63,931 nt of DNA, filler included, from Octopus bimaculoides (GCF_001194135.2; 5 parts of 5 records of this genome joined end to end with filler, not necessarily neighbours in it), one strand, 5' to 3'; counted from the whole stretch's first letter, positions 12,191 through 26,298 are shown. Notes: generated from the sequence alone by a model not told the origin. Translations and numbers: made by a program.

Positions 12191-12751
12191 CACGTGTGCG
12201 TGTGTGTATGTGATGTGATGTGTTGTGTGGTATGGTGATGTATGGTGTAGTGGTGTGTGGTGTAGTGTGATGGTGTTGGGAGGTGGGGAAAGCAAGGGTG
12301 GGGCCTGGGTAAGGCTGAGGCTGGGGGTAGANNNNNNNNNNNNNNNNNNNNNNNNNNNNNNNNNNNNNNNNNNNNNNNNNNNNNNNNNNNNNNNNNNNNN
12401 NNNNNNNNNNNNNNNNNNNNNNNNNNNNNNNNNNNNNNNNNNNNNNNNNNNNNNNNNNNNNNNNNNNNNNNNNNNNNNNNNNNNNNNNNNNNNNNNNNNN
12501 NNNNNNNNNNNNNNNNNNNNNNNNNNNNNNNNNNNNNNNNNNNNNNNNNNNNNNNNNNNNNNNNNNNNNNNNNNNNNNNNNNNNNNNNNNNNNNNNNNNN
12601 NNNNNNNNNNNNNNNNNNNNNNNNNNNNNNNNNNNNNNNNNNNNNNNNNNNNNNNNNNNNNNNNNNNNNNNNNNNNNNNNNNNNNNNNNNNNNNNNNNNN
12701 NNNNNNNNNNNNNNNNNNNNNNNNNNNNNNNNNNNNNNNNNNNNNNNNNNN

Positions 12752-13134
12752 NGCAAGACTAGAATGTCATTGCCGAGTCGGATGTCTCGGAGGTGTTCCG
12801 CGAACAGTTCAACCAAGCGGCGTCCCGTTTGCCCGATGTACAGAGAAGGGCGGAGAGAGCATGAGATGCTGTAGATGACATTGGTAGAAGTGCAGGTGAA
12901 AGAGTCGGTGATGTGATAGGGTCGATGATGAGTGCCGGTGAGGAGGGTGGTGTTGAAGAGGTAAGGGCAAGTGAGGAAGCGTGGGCTGGAGTAAGGGAAC
13001 GATCTTGGATGGGAGATTGGATTAGGGAAGAAGCTATGGACCAAGAGGTCTCGTAGATTATGGGCTGGTTTGAAGGAGGGGAGGGGTCGGTTAGGGAAGA
13101 TGTGCTAAGTGGAGGGGTCGGACTGGAATCGCCG
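12752..13134 (-). pseudogene. Penelope-like element GIY-YIG endonuclease fragment
   Basis: RRFQSDPST*HIFPNRPLPSFKPAHNLRDLLVHS...FTCTSTNVIYSISCSLRPSLYIGQTGRRLVELFAEHLRDIR; VIY...YIG motif and PLE-typical NLRDxLVHS linker; one stop codon. Confidence 0.9.
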
Positions 13135-13137
13135 ATA

Positions 13138-13170
<33 letters not shown>

Positions 13171-13337
13171 GTGTATATATATATATACTTGCATGCACAT
13201 ACACACACATGTGTATAGAAAGATATAGAGAGAGCGGGAGAGAGACAGGAAGATAGAAAGATAGATAGATAAATACATACATACATACATATACACATAC
13301 ATAGATGCATATAAGTATTATGTATATGCTTATATGA

Positions 13338-13385
<48 letters not shown>

Positions 13386-13660
13386 CTGTGTGTATGTACG
13401 TACATGCATGTATATGTAAATATGTATGTGTGGGTATGTATATGTATGTGTATCCATTAAACTATCATACTCTTATATATATACACACACACATACACGC
13501 ACATCGCGCGCGCACGCATATATATAATGTAGATATACATACATATCTATATATATGTGTATAGGCACGTTCACATGCGGACATATTCATCTGCGCATAC
13601 ACACTCACAAACACATACACACACGCATACGTAAGCATGCAGGCACGCACACACGCACGC

Positions 13661-13693
<33 letters not shown>

Positions 13694-14132
13694 CATACAT
13701 ACATATACATACGTACATACACACACAGAATTATCGGTGCAGATACACACTCAGAAGGTTTCCTTTAACTAAGACAACAATTAACATTGAACTTTAATTA
13801 AAACTGACTAATTTATGAAGGAAATTACATATTGAATTACCAGTGAGCTATGTGAGTATGTATATGTGTATATCTGTATAAATAAATCATATATGTATAT
13901 GACTGTATATAAGTATATATGCATGTATATATGTATGTCGGTATGTATCTATATGCTTGTTTGTATGTATGTATGTATGTACATATGTATATTTGTACGT
14001 ATGAGTGAATGAATGTAAGTATATTTTTACGTATGTGTGTACTTATGCATATGTGTATATATGGGAGTATCATTGAGCTATTTGAACATGTATGTTTGTA
14101 CGGCTGTATAAGTAACTGTGTGTGTATGAATG

Positions 14133-14182
<50 letters not shown>

Positions 14183-15344
14183 ATGGGTGTTTAGTTCATT
14201 AGTTCATAGATGATCTAAATGATTAGATACGCTAGATAAGTGCTATAACGGATTACTAGGGCTCCGAGGCGATAGTTATGGAGCCATTGCAAATTTCCGA
14301 TACAACGTTGACCATCGACATCATCATGGTCATCGACCGTTATCACAATTAGTACCCCACACCACTACCCAGATCAGATCTGCTATCGTAACAATTATCA
14401 TCACACTACCGCTTCCCTGCCAAAACAACAACTAACGCCATCCCTGCTGCCCTTTCTTCCATTATATCTACTAAAACCATCACTGCAACCAGCACCACTT
14501 CCACCATCACCGTCGCCTCCTTACAACCGCCATCCCCATCATTGTCAAATAATAAGACTTAACGAAAATTTCATGAAAAATTCTAAGGCCTCCAAGACTC
14601 TAATTATCCCAAAGAAAACATTTCAAAACAAAATGAAAAGAAAAGTAGTGGTGGGGGGTAAGGAAATTATTTTCTAATTGACGCTGTCAGCTGGAATCGA
14701 TCGTACACACTCCCTATTCATTAAAAATTCCAGAGTTTGATGGTTATTTTTCCGACGTAAATATTCCAAAACAGAATTTCGTTTAGCATTTTTTTCTTTT
14801 CTCTCTCTTTTTTTTTTTTTTCAATTTCTATTAACAACATTCTTCTTAAAATGTCATCTTAAAATTTGGTAAACAAATCTCTTGTTTTCGTATTAAACTG
14901 AATTCCATATTATTCTTTTGGAAATGGTTCTTGTCGTCGCTGCTGCTGCTGTTGTTATTGCTGTTGTTGTTGTTGTTGTTGTAATTGGTTCTGTTGTTGC
15001 TGCTGTATATTGCCTTTATTGTTGTTGTCGGTCGTCATGGTGATGGCTCGAATGAAAGTTGCCGCTGTTTGTTGCTTGTGTTCTGGGTAATGGCGGTGAT
15101 TCCTGTAAAGGATCGTGTTAGTAATATCATTATTGTTCTGTTGTCATTCTTACCATTATCGTTATAATTGTCTTAACTACTGTTGTTGTCATTTTTGCTG
15201 TTGTTGCTATTTTTGCTGTTGTTGTTGTAATTGTTGTTTGTTTTCTGGTTATACCGCTGCTTCTTGTAATGGATCATGTTAGCGTTATTATTATTGTTTT
15301 TGCTGTCTTTATTGTTTTTGTTGTAATTGTCTTCGGTGCTGTAG

Positions 15345-15388
<44 letters not shown>

Positions 15389-15487
15389 CTGATTTGGTAA
15401 ACCACTGTAATTCTTTTTTCCAAGAAAATTAGTTTATTTTTCCAAGAAAATTAGTTTGTCGTAGAAGCAACAGAATTTGTTTCAATA

Positions 15488-16125
15488 TTGATGCCATTGA
15501 TGATGATGATAACGATGATGATGATGATGATGATGATGATGACGACGACGACGACGATGGTGATTGTAACTGTGGGGATAATGGCAGTAATGATGATGGT
15601 GATGAAGATGATGATGGTGATGATGATTATGATGATGATGAGGAGGAGGAGGAGGAGGAGAANNNNNNNNNNNNNNNNNNNNNNNNNNNNNNNNNNNNNN
15701 NNNNNNNNNNNNNNNNNNNNNNNNNNNNNNNNNNNNNNNNNNNNNNNNNNNNNNNNNNNNNNNNNNNNNNNNNNNNNNNNNNNNNNNNNNNNNNNNNNNN
15801 NNNNNNNNNNNNNNNNNNNNNNNNNNNNNNNNNNNNNNNNNNNNNNNNNNNNNNNNNNNNNNNNNNNNNNNNNNNNNNNNNNNNNNNNNNNNNNNNNNNN
15901 NNNNNNNNNNNNNNNNNNNNNNNNNNNNNNNNNNNNNNNNNNNNNNNNNNNNNNNNNNNNNNNNNNNNNNNNNNNNNNNNNNNNNNNNNNNNNNNNNNNN
16001 NNNNNNNNNNNNNNNNNNNNNNNNNNNNNNNNNNNNNNNNNNNNNNNNNNNNNNNNNNNNNNNNNNNNNNNNNNATGATGATGACGATGATGATGATGAT
16101 GATGACGGTGTTGATGATGATGATT

Positions 16126-16164
<39 letters not shown>

Positions 16165-16196
16165 GTGTTGATGATGATGACGATGATGATGATGAC

Positions 16197-16227
<31 letters not shown>

Positions 16228-16310
16228 GTGCTGATGATGATGACGATGATGATGATGATGATGATGATGATGACAGTAGTGGTGGTGGTGGTGATGATGG
16301 TGATAGTCGT
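15488..16310. repeat. (GAT)n-rich trinucleotide tract spanning a gap
   Basis: Direct reading; gives the poly-M and poly-I ORFs. Confidence 0.9.
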
Positions 16311-16673
16311 ATTGTTAACTGTTGGCACTGCCTCTGTGCTGTGGTGGCTTGTCAGAGAGTGGTGTGTACAACGAGATATCTATTCCACCCAGCGAATGAT
16401 GGGTGACAAAATATCTTCACAGCTGAACGAAAAAAAAAAAAAAGAAAGAGGAAAAAGTAAATTAATTTACAAACACCAGCTTCAGTTTCATCGAGGGAGG
16501 GAAACTGAGCAACACAACACTAGAGTGTGTTTATGTACGTTGTACAAACATCCACCTACCACACACACACACACACACATACAAACACGCATATGCATAT
16601 ACACATACACGCACAAACCTATACGTACTCACGCGTGCATTTCTGCACATGCACACTTGCACGCACACACGTG

Positions 16674-16713
<40 letters not shown>

Positions 16714-16916
16714 TATGCAAAGCAAATAACACACACATAGAGAAACAGATATAAACTCACACAAGCGTATACGCAAACATGCAAACATATTTGTGTGTCT
16801 ATGTATGCATGCATGTATATACGTATGTATGTATGTATGTATGTATGTATGTATGTATATATGTATGCATGTATGTATGTATCTATGTATCTATCTATTT
16901 ATCTATCAATCCCTCT

Positions 16917-16954
<38 letters not shown>

Positions 16955-17294
16955 ATTTATATATGCATATATATATTATTTACATTATATATACATATAT
17001 ATAATATATATATTTATGTGTGCATATATATACGTATATATATGCATATATGATGTAATATATATATANNNNNNNNNNNNNNNNNNNNNNNNNNNNNNNN
17101 NNNNNNNNNNNNNNNNNNNNNNNNNNNNNNNNNNNNNNNNNNNNNNNNNNNNNNNNNNNNNNNNNNNNNNNNNNNNNNNNNNNNNNNNNNNNNNNNNNNN
17201 NNNNNNNNNNNNNNNNNNNNNNNNNNNNNNNNNNNNNNNNNNNNNNNNNNNNNNNNNNNNNNNNNNNNNNNNNNNNNNNNNNNNNNNNNNNNNN

Positions 17295-17326
<32 letters not shown>

Positions 17327-17801
17327 GCGTATATATATATATATATGTATATACATACCTTGCAGCTAATAAATTATTTCAACCTATGTTTAGTATTGAA
17401 TATTTCCTTTTCCTTTTCTAAGTTACTCCTTTGTAGTTACATCATTATATATGCGTATATAAGTGTTTCTCTCTGTGTTCACACACACACAGAGGAAAGC
17501 ACATACATACAAAAATATACATATACACGCAGAGGCTCTCATATACACAAACATACACATACATCAAATTTCTTGTAAAAAAAAAAAAAAGAAACAATCA
17601 AAAGAAATAGAATAATACAATAATACGACTTAAAATTAATATCGAAACTGTGAATAAAAAAAATCCAAACATATATGTATATATCTATATGAAAAACTTT
17701 ATTGTGAGATATATGCTTTGATTCACCGAATTTATATTATATTAGATAATATTAAAACAGCAACAATAATAACAACAACAATAAAGATAATTTTATTGTT
17801 A

Positions 17802-17848
<47 letters not shown>

Positions 17849-17878
17849 GTTGTTGTTGTTGTTGTTATTATTATTATT

Positions 17879-17975
17879 AAGGCGACGAGCTGGCAGAATC
17901 TTTAGCACGCTGGGCGAAATGCTTGGCGGTACTTCGTCGGTCTTCGTGTTCTGAGTTCAAATTCCGATGTAACCG
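17879..17975 (+). mobile_element. SINE family B head inside (TTA)n
   Basis: AAGGCGACGAGCTGGCAGAA...GAGTTCAAATTCC. Confidence 0.85.
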
Positions 17976-18058
17976 ACTTAATCCTCTTCCCCTCGTGGCA
18001 AAATTTGAAATTATTATTATTATTATTATTATTATCATCATCATCATCATCATCATCA

Positions 18059-18126
<68 letters not shown>

Positions 18127-18940
18127 TTGTGAGTGTGTATCCATGCGTATATGTGTATATATGAGCCTGTACGTGTCTGTTGGCGGGATTGTGTGTAGGT
18201 GCACAAATATGTATGAGTGTATACATATTGGAAACATATTCTAAGCATCATATACACACCCAGTTTCATTCCATATCATTACTACCGTCCTTTAGAAACG
18301 ATATTGGGTACGTTTACGCTGTATGTTCGGTAGGCTGGCGTGTGTAGCAAACCTATTGCACAGTTTCATTACGCATTTAAGGAAGAAGCCCCGAAAAGGA
18401 CCATGGGGTTGCTCTTCTTTCGCGACAAACCCATTCAAAACAAAATAAAAATTCTAACTAAAATTTGATACACTTCCAATGTATAAGTTTTCTGTATTTT
18501 ACGTCAGCAAACACGTTTCTATGTTTACCTTCGCGTTCGCTCTTCCATACTTCATTAAGGAAAGAGGATAATGCACTTCCGCTGAAGAGTTCGAATGTGC
18601 AAAAAATACGTTCAAGGCAAAAGTAATGTTTGTCAACAACTAAGAATACTTTCTATAATTGCAAACCTGATACACATGCGCTCGCGCGCACGTACACATC
18701 AGATAAACAAAAATAGGCGCAATGAGTGCATTAACATGGAAAGTAAGTTGTTGGATGCAAATAAATAAATGGTCTGATGTAAAAGTCTTATCTTTACAGC
18801 TGTTTCTGTTGAAAAATGATGTCATAAACATGTATATTATGTAATAAAGACACAACATCGTAGGTGTATGGAATAACACAAATATTTACAGAACCTGTAA
18901 TGAGAAAATTATGGTATCCTCGTGTGTGTGGACGTGTATG

Positions 18941-19334
18941 TATCTCTTTTACTCTTTTACTTATTTCAGTCTTTTGACTGTGGCCATGCTGGAGCACCGC
19001 CTTTAGTCGAGCAAATCGCCACCAGGACTTATTCTTTGGAAGTCTAGTACTTATTCTATCGGTCTCTTTTTGCCGAACCGCTAAGTTACGGGGACATAAA
19101 CACACCAGCATCGGTTGTCAAGCGATGTTGGGGGGACAAACACATACACACATATATATATATACATATATACGACGGGCTTCTTTCAGTTTCCGTCTAC
19201 CAAATCCACTCACAAGGCTTTGGTCGGACCGAGGCTATAGTAGCAGACACTTGTCCAAGATGCCACGCAGTGGGACTGTACCCGGGACCATGTGGCTGGT
19301 AAGCAAGCTACTTACCACACAGCCACTCCTACGC
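18941..19334 (-). mobile_element. Full-length SINE family A
   Basis: Colinear with 7075-7488 at about 90%; internal (CA)/(TA) tract is shorter. Confidence 0.9.
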
Positions 19335-21459
19335 CTATAATAATTATTTGTGACGGAAGTAGTATTAGTACGTGTTTACTTCGACTTATTGTAAGAAAGT
19401 CCAAGGTGACTGGTGTTGGCATTACGAGACAAGAGTTTTTTTGTTATTTGATTTTGTAGGAAAACAATAATAAAGAATACAACTATCCTATACAAAAGAC
19501 GATACATCATGAATGCAGTACTCATAGCAATGCACAATGCTAGAATAAATTCATACACACCATGCTCTAATCAGAAACAAGAAATAAAACACTCTTTGAT
19601 GGTGTATTGTATCAAACACTGAAAATACTCAAATTTCAATGTTAACTTCAGCATTTATGAGATTGGCACAGTCTACTGTAAACAGTAGCAACACACACCA
19701 ATAAGAAAATGCAGCCATGAAGGTTTGTATATATTTGAGGCTGGATTTTTAATTTTTACTTTTTCAAACAAACTGGAAGAAATGTATACTAAATTATGAA
19801 AAACTAATAAAAAGATAAAAACAGTCATATTATTAATAAAGAATGCTTTAATGAAAATCAGGTCATCATATATAATTTCAATTTTTATTTAGAGGACTTC
19901 TATCAATTTGTTTTGAAATTTTTTATAAAAACCCTTGAATTTGGGACAATAATGAACAGTAGTTAGCCGTTCTTATGTCATGACAAAGAGGAGAGAGACC
20001 TTAATATGAAGTTTCTGACGGATGCTGAAATATCCGATTTCAACACCCTCAGAGGTTCACTCCGCTCATAGCTCTAGACTGAACAGAGCAAATTACGACA
20101 CTTTTTTTTTTATTTCGTTTTCGTGTTCAACATATCGAAATCTAATTGTGGTCTCATTAAGCAGGATATTCACTCAAAAGAATCGTGTGAAAAATCGCAA
20201 GAATCTCTGCGGGTTGCATTTCGTTTACGGGCCGTGGTTTGCCCATCTCTACATTACTATCGATGAAAAGGAAAATATATTATTGTACTTTTAAATATAT
20301 TATATCTACAAGAAAAATTTACGGTGGTCATGGCTGAACACATTTTAACATAGGTCTGCTCAATCAGGGTTAAACTGGAGTTAAAAGGCAGTACAAATCT
20401 AAGAGAGCTGTAAACCATGTCTGACTTTTAGGTGATTAAGCAATGGCTCCTACATACAGATTGGTGGATTGCACTGATTACAGTTGAATAATTTGGTGCT
20501 TGACTCATCAACACACCACCAGAAAAAAATAAAGAAGAATATTCCATTCATTTGGATTTCTCGTTGTCGGATAGAAAATTAACTCTATTCTATGAAAATG
20601 TTGTCTCTCTCTTTTTATATTTAATCTGCAGCACTACACTGGACTTCATATTTATGTACTACCATACATTTTCCTGTCTCTGACGAACGATCCTGACTGA
20701 ATCGCTAAAATCCTCTTCTTCGAGTCAAATTAGTGTTATTATACTTAAAAAGTCTAATTGAATAATTAATAAAAAATTAATACTGTATAGCGAAGAAAGC
20801 GTTGTTAGCTCGATGACTAATATTTTAATTTAATGCTTGCGAGTACGAACAACAACTCCAAACATATTTCGGTTTTATGGAGCCTCTTCTGCAGAGTGTA
20901 AATTTCTCCGTATTTACCAGAGTAATAATTGGACAGAATATTGAAATACAATAATACCAAGGTCATAGTGACTGGAGGAAGCTACCTAGAAACCCCATCT
21001 GTACAAACAAATAAGAGCCAAGTCAGTACCATCTTAAATATAGTGGAAGGCAGTAATCTAATTTATTATTTATTAATATTTTCTAGTATGTAGAAATAAG
21101 CATTAGCGCATTAATTAATATTAATTCAATGAAGTTTTTCTAGTTTATATAAGTTTGTTGCATAATAAATCGGTGATCCTTTTTGTTTTAAATACACACA
21201 TGTACAAATAATCACAATATTAAAAGGATCGTATTGTCTGTGTAACCTTCTTTATATGGTAATTAACTACATTATTAAATAGCAGTTGTAGCAGTAGTAG
21301 CAGCAGCAGTAACGGCAGAAGGTCTATTGTTAGCAACAATGCCGCTCGTTGCAGTATTATGCCTGTTTCAATGTGTATTTAAGTGTTTGCGCACACCTTT
21401 GTGTTTGTTGAAGTGTATGCTTGCGTTTGTGTTCGTACGTGTATGTGTGCCTTTGTGAA

Positions 21460-21492
<33 letters not shown>

Positions 21493-21644
21493 GTGTGTGC
21501 GTGTGTGTGTGTGTGTGTGTGCATGAGCGGGCATGGAAATGTGTGTGTCTGTATGCGGGTGAATTTCCTGTACAAGCACATATGGGTGTATATGTGAGCG
21601 TGTGTATGTGCATGTATGTCTCTCTCTCTGTATATATAAAACTA

Positions 21645-21708
21645 AAAGGTGATGCTCCAGTATGGCCGCAGTCAAATGACAGGCATTAATAGAAGAATAA
21701 AAGAATAT
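21645..21708 (+). mobile_element. SINE family A 3' tail fragment
   Basis: AAAGGTGATGCTCCAGTATGGCCGCAGTCAAATGAC...AATAAAAGAATA. Confidence 0.7.
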
Positions 21709-21711
21709 ATA

Positions 21712-21743
<32 letters not shown>

Positions 21744-23010
21744 NNNNNNNNNNNNNNNNNNNNNNNNNNNNNNNNNNNNNNNNNNNNNNNNNNNNNNNNN
21801 NNNNNNNNNNNNNNNNNNNNNNNNNNNNNNNNNNNNNNNNNNNNNNNNNNNNNNNNNNNNNNNNNNNNNNNNNNNNNNNNNNNNNNNNNNNNNNNNNNNN
21901 NNNNNNNNNNNNNNNNNNNNNNNNNNNNNNNNNNNNNNNNNNNNNNNNNNNNNNNNNNNNNNNNNNNNNNNNNNNNNNNNNNNNNNNNNNATGCATAAGT
22001 ATGTGTGTTTGTGTGTGTGTATTCGTGTGTGTATCTGCATCTGTGTATGAGTGTACACATACGTTGGATGCATCGTGTGCGTACATATGTTTATGCAAAT
22101 ATACATGCGAGTGCATATATAATTACATGCTAATGTCTGTATATGCGTGTGCATATACATCTATGTGGGAATGTGTGTACATATATGCATATGAGTTTGT
22201 GCATGCGTGTATGACAGAGCTAGTATGTTTGTGTATTAGTGCCTATGAATGGACGCCTGTATGCCTGTCGGTTGTTTTCTTTGTAGTTCAACACCTAATG
22301 ATGGTAAATACTGTCATTTGGGCATGTGTTAATTACGGAGGCCTAGGTATCGGGGTGTGAGTAAGGTCATGAAAACATAGAAAAAGTGGGTGGGGGGAGA
22401 GAAATAGACTGAGAGAGCGAGAGAGAGAGAAATAGACTGAGAGAGCGAGAGAGAGAGAGAGAAAGAGAGAGACCGAGAAACACAGAAATAGATCGACAGA
22501 TTAACACACACACACACACATGTTTGCAGACAAGCAAACAAACAGACGTTCAGAAAGATAAGCAGACAGACAGATAGTCAGCTAGAATTTGGCTAGCCAA
22601 ATAGCTAGCTAGCTAACTAGATAGAAGACAGATAGACAGAAAGACAGACAATAACAAGCATAATACATACATACATACATACATACATACATACATACAT
22701 ACATACATACATACATAGAGAAGTGTTACATGCATATGAGACGAGGACGCACTGGGATCATTAGAAGGTGGGTAGTACAGGTGGAGAAGTGACAGGTGGG
22801 AAGCGAGAGAATTAAATGAGGTAAACAGCAGATTTTGAACCGGGTCGACAACTAAAATTGAGTTAAAAATGATTAGTTATCTCGCTAACTGCCTTCCTGC
22901 CTATCCAGCTAGGGTGAATTGCAAGCTAGGTAGTAAAGTAATTTGCGAGTTAGCATTGTTTACCTTCAAAATTGTGTATTTTGGCGGGGTTATTTTACTA
23001 TCTCTTTAGT

Positions 23011-23280
23011 TAGCTACCTTTTGGATGCTTCAGTCATTGGATTGCGACCTTGCTGGGGCACCATCTCGAAGGGTTTATCTTTATCTTTCATTTGTTTCAG
23101 TCATTTGACTGCGACCATGATGGGGCATCGCCACGAAGGGTTTTTTGTCGAACATATCAACTCTAGAACTAATTTTGTTTAAAGTGTAGTGCTTATTCTA
23201 TCGGCCTCTAGGTTACGGGGACATAAAAGACACCAACACTGGTTGTTAAGCGGTGAGTGGTGTGAACAAGCACAAACATA
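23011..23280 (-). mobile_element. Degenerate SINE family A with duplicated 3' end
   Basis: Two successive TTCAGTCATT...GCGACC..GCTGGGGCA 3'-end motifs, then the family body. Confidence 0.7.
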
Positions 23281-23339
23281 AAAATATTTGCGCTCATGTT
23301 TAAACATAATTTCCCTCTGTTAGACCTCTGTTTAGTCAC

Positions 23340-24180
23340 CTGATGAAAAGAGGAAATTACCTGTCTCGCGGATCGCCCCAGCATGCTATACTGTCGTTCT
23401 TGCTAACCTCAGCAATTACCCCCGACAACAACCCCAGACACATTTCACTTCAGAAAAACCTTCAAGGCATTTCACACACTGCAATCCTGCAGGAAGATCT
23501 ACGATATCATGGATTGAGAATACACTCACTCGCTCACCTGAGCTTGTTTTACAGGGAATTTTGTTACGTGCACCTGCACTCGTGTATACGCCTTCACGCA
23601 CACTCACGCGATAACTCATTTTCTGGGCTGCCCAGTCACTGACTGCACAATCTGGCACGCAAAGAGACACAGCTATCCAGACTCACTTAAATATCTTTCC
23701 CGTATACACTTCAATGATCCTCTCTCCTGATATGCAAATGTTTTTCTCAGCCATGCCTTTCTTTCTCTTCCTCGATCGTTCGTTTCCTTTTCTCGGAACC
23801 TCTCTGGAGGGAGAGTGATGTAGTGGTTTCGTGCAGGTATAGCGTGGATTCGATCCTCGATAGCCAAATTTCACTTAACAGTTCAACATCACTTTTCTCA
23901 TGTTAAAACAATAGTTTTCCTGTGAGTGACAGCAGTTTAATTTTACCAGATGCCTTCGCTAAGCCGGAATTATGTCTTCGCCACTTGACCCATCTGATCT
24001 CTTCTAGGCCACCAAAAGCTATAATAGAGATAACCGACCGCCAACGAAATCTATTGTTCTCAACAGTATGGCTATCCTTCTGGCTGGTTTTGGATAGTTA
24101 TAAAAACAAGAACTCCGCAAACCAAAGTCAGTTAGTGAGAACCGAGTCTAGCTGATCGGCTGAACAAAACGCTGTCACTC
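23340..24180 (-). pseudogene. Possible degenerate non-LTR retrotransposon ORF1-like remnant
   Basis: Broken frames with a basic tract (ERSRKRKKG), GERIIEVYTGKI..VWIAVSL and IHDIVDLPAGLQCVKC; resemblance is from recall only. Confidence 0.3.
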
Positions 24181-24309
24181 TCATCACTCCCACTTTTACT
24201 AACTCACTTTCTTTTCTCTGTAATATTACCATATCTCTCTATATTTATTACTATGAGAACGTGTACACACATACCGGCCGAAATTAGCTCTTTTTACCCA
24301 GCATGCTCT

Positions 24310-24492
24310 TCCATATATGCTTAGAGGTATTTCGTCTGTCTTTACGTTCTGAATCCAAGTTCCGTCGTGATCAACTTCGCCTTTCATACATTCGGGGTCG
24401 ATAAATAAAGTACCGTTTGCGTACTGGGGTAGAACTAATCGACTGGCACTCTCCCCCGAATTTTTTAGCCTTGTCCCTAGAGTAGAAAAGTA
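24310..24492 (+). mobile_element. SINE family B (5'-degenerate)
   Basis: GGTATTTCGTCTGTCTTTACGTTCTGAA...CCTTGTCCCTAGAGTAGAAAAG. Confidence 0.8.
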
Positions 24493-24654
24493 TATCTTAA
24501 TAATTAAATATCAATGGGAGCTGTATAAAAGAAATTAGAATATTTTGTGTATTGTAGAAGTATAACCAAGTTATTGCAGATAAATTTTAACAATAAAATC
24601 TTATATGGATACACTACACACACGCAAACCGTCAACCAAATTCACTCACCTGAC

Positions 24655-24762
24655 ATTGATCAGCCCTGGGCTATAGTAGAGGGCACTTGCGAAATGTGCC
24701 GCATAGTTGAACTAAACTCAAAACAGTGTGTTTGAAAAACAAGCTTCTTAATCACATAGCTA
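24655..24762 (-). mobile_element. SINE family A head fragment
   Basis: GGCTATAGTAGAGGGCACTTGC...CAAGCTTCTTAATCACATAGC. Confidence 0.6.
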
Positions 24763-24882
24763 TCTTTGCACCCAGAGCGAACGAACAAGATGGATAGATT
24801 GATAAATAGATGGATAAATGAATAGACAGATAGTTAAATAGAGATATAGAAAGATAGATAGATATATAGTTATATATATGTA

Positions 24883-26112
24883 CAGGGGTTGGACAAAATA
24901 ATGGAAACACCTAGCATCATAGCATCATAATTTTGAATTACCTATAAAACCGTCAAAAGCTTGTTTATTTTATGGTTTTTTAAAATTTTATTATTAGTGT
25001 TGCTTAATATGTTATTCTAAAATTGTTGTTACTTTTCAGATATCATCAGAAAAAGGTAATTAAAACTCATTAAAATGACAGATCTATCGAGCTTTCAAGG
25101 AGGTCAAATTGTTGGTGCGCGTATGGCAGGCACTAGCGTAACGAAAACAGCCGAAATGTTTGGTGTATCAAGAAGTACTGTCTCGAAAATAATGACAGTC
25201 TTGAGAAAGAGGGAAAAACCTCGTCGAAACAAAACTCCGGAAGAAAACCAAAACTTTCAGATAGGGACCGTCGGACTCTTACGCGAGTTGTTAGAAAAAA
25301 TCACAAAAGTACAGCTCCCAAAATTACTGCAGAGTTTAATAACCATTTCGAGAACCCAGTTTCCACAAAAAACTGTTCGCCGGGAGCTGCACAAAGCCGG
25401 ATTTCACGGGAGGGCTTCAATCAGAAAACCTCCACTTTCAAAAACAAACGTTACAAGGTGGGGTAAAAAGCTACAGAATTGGTCCCTAGAGCAGTGGAAC
25501 GAGTCATGCTTTACCTTATTTCCGACCACCGGCCGAGAATACTTGTGGAGACAGCCAAAAGAAGCATTTGACCCAGACTGCCTTCTTCCAATTGTTAAAT
25601 ATGGAGGAGGATCTGTGATGATTTTGGGTGGGGGGCTAATTCTTGGAAATCTGCTAGCCGAATGGTTTCCCTTCATGGCAGAATTAATAGTCAAGACTAT
25701 TTAAGCAGTTTATCTGAGCATATTCCTCCTATGTTTGCGGAACGGTTTCTGGAGGGAAACACAATCTTTCAGGATGATAATGTACCAAATCACATAGCTA
25801 AAATTGTTACTGAATGGCACGAGGAACATTCTAGTGTAGTTGAACATTTTATCTGACCACCACAGCCCCCAGACCTCAATATTATTGAACATTTATGGTG
25901 CATTTTAGAAAAACATGTTAAGAGTCGATATCTTCCACCATCATCACTACAAGAACTGGAGACTGTTTTAGCTGAAGAATGGACAAAAGTTCCTTTGGAA
26001 CAATTCAAACTTTCTACGAGTTCATACCTCATAGAATTCAATGGTCCTACCCCATGTTAAAATAAATTTATCTGAAATTTTAAGGTGTTTCCATTATTTT
26101 GTCCAACCCCTG
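24883..26112 (+). mobile_element. Full-length (1230 bp) Tc1/mariner transposon, DD36E type
   Basis: Perfect 30-bp TIRs CAGGGGTTGGACAAAATAATGGAAACACCT (24883-24912 / 26083-26112), TA on both sides, internal transposase. Confidence 0.95.
25075..26060 (+). pseudogene. Tc1-like transposase pseudogene (D..D36E)
   Basis: MTDLSSFQGGQIVGARMAG...TVRRELHKAGFHGR...KYGGGSVM...FQDDN...*PPQPPDLNIIEHLW...GPTPC*; compensating frameshifts near 25200 and 25370, further frameshifts, W-to-stop at 25854, first catalytic D removed by a deletion. Confidence 0.93.
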
Positions 26113-26218
26113 TATATANNNNNNNNNNNNNNNNNNNNNNNNNNNNNNNNNNNNNNNNNNNNTTAATTAATTAANNNNNNNNNNNNNNNNNNNNNNNNNN
26201 NNNNNNNNNNNNNNNNNN

Positions 26219-26221
26219 ACC

Positions 26222-26274
<53 letters not shown>

Positions 26275-26298
26275 GATTGTCTCTCTATCCATCCATCC

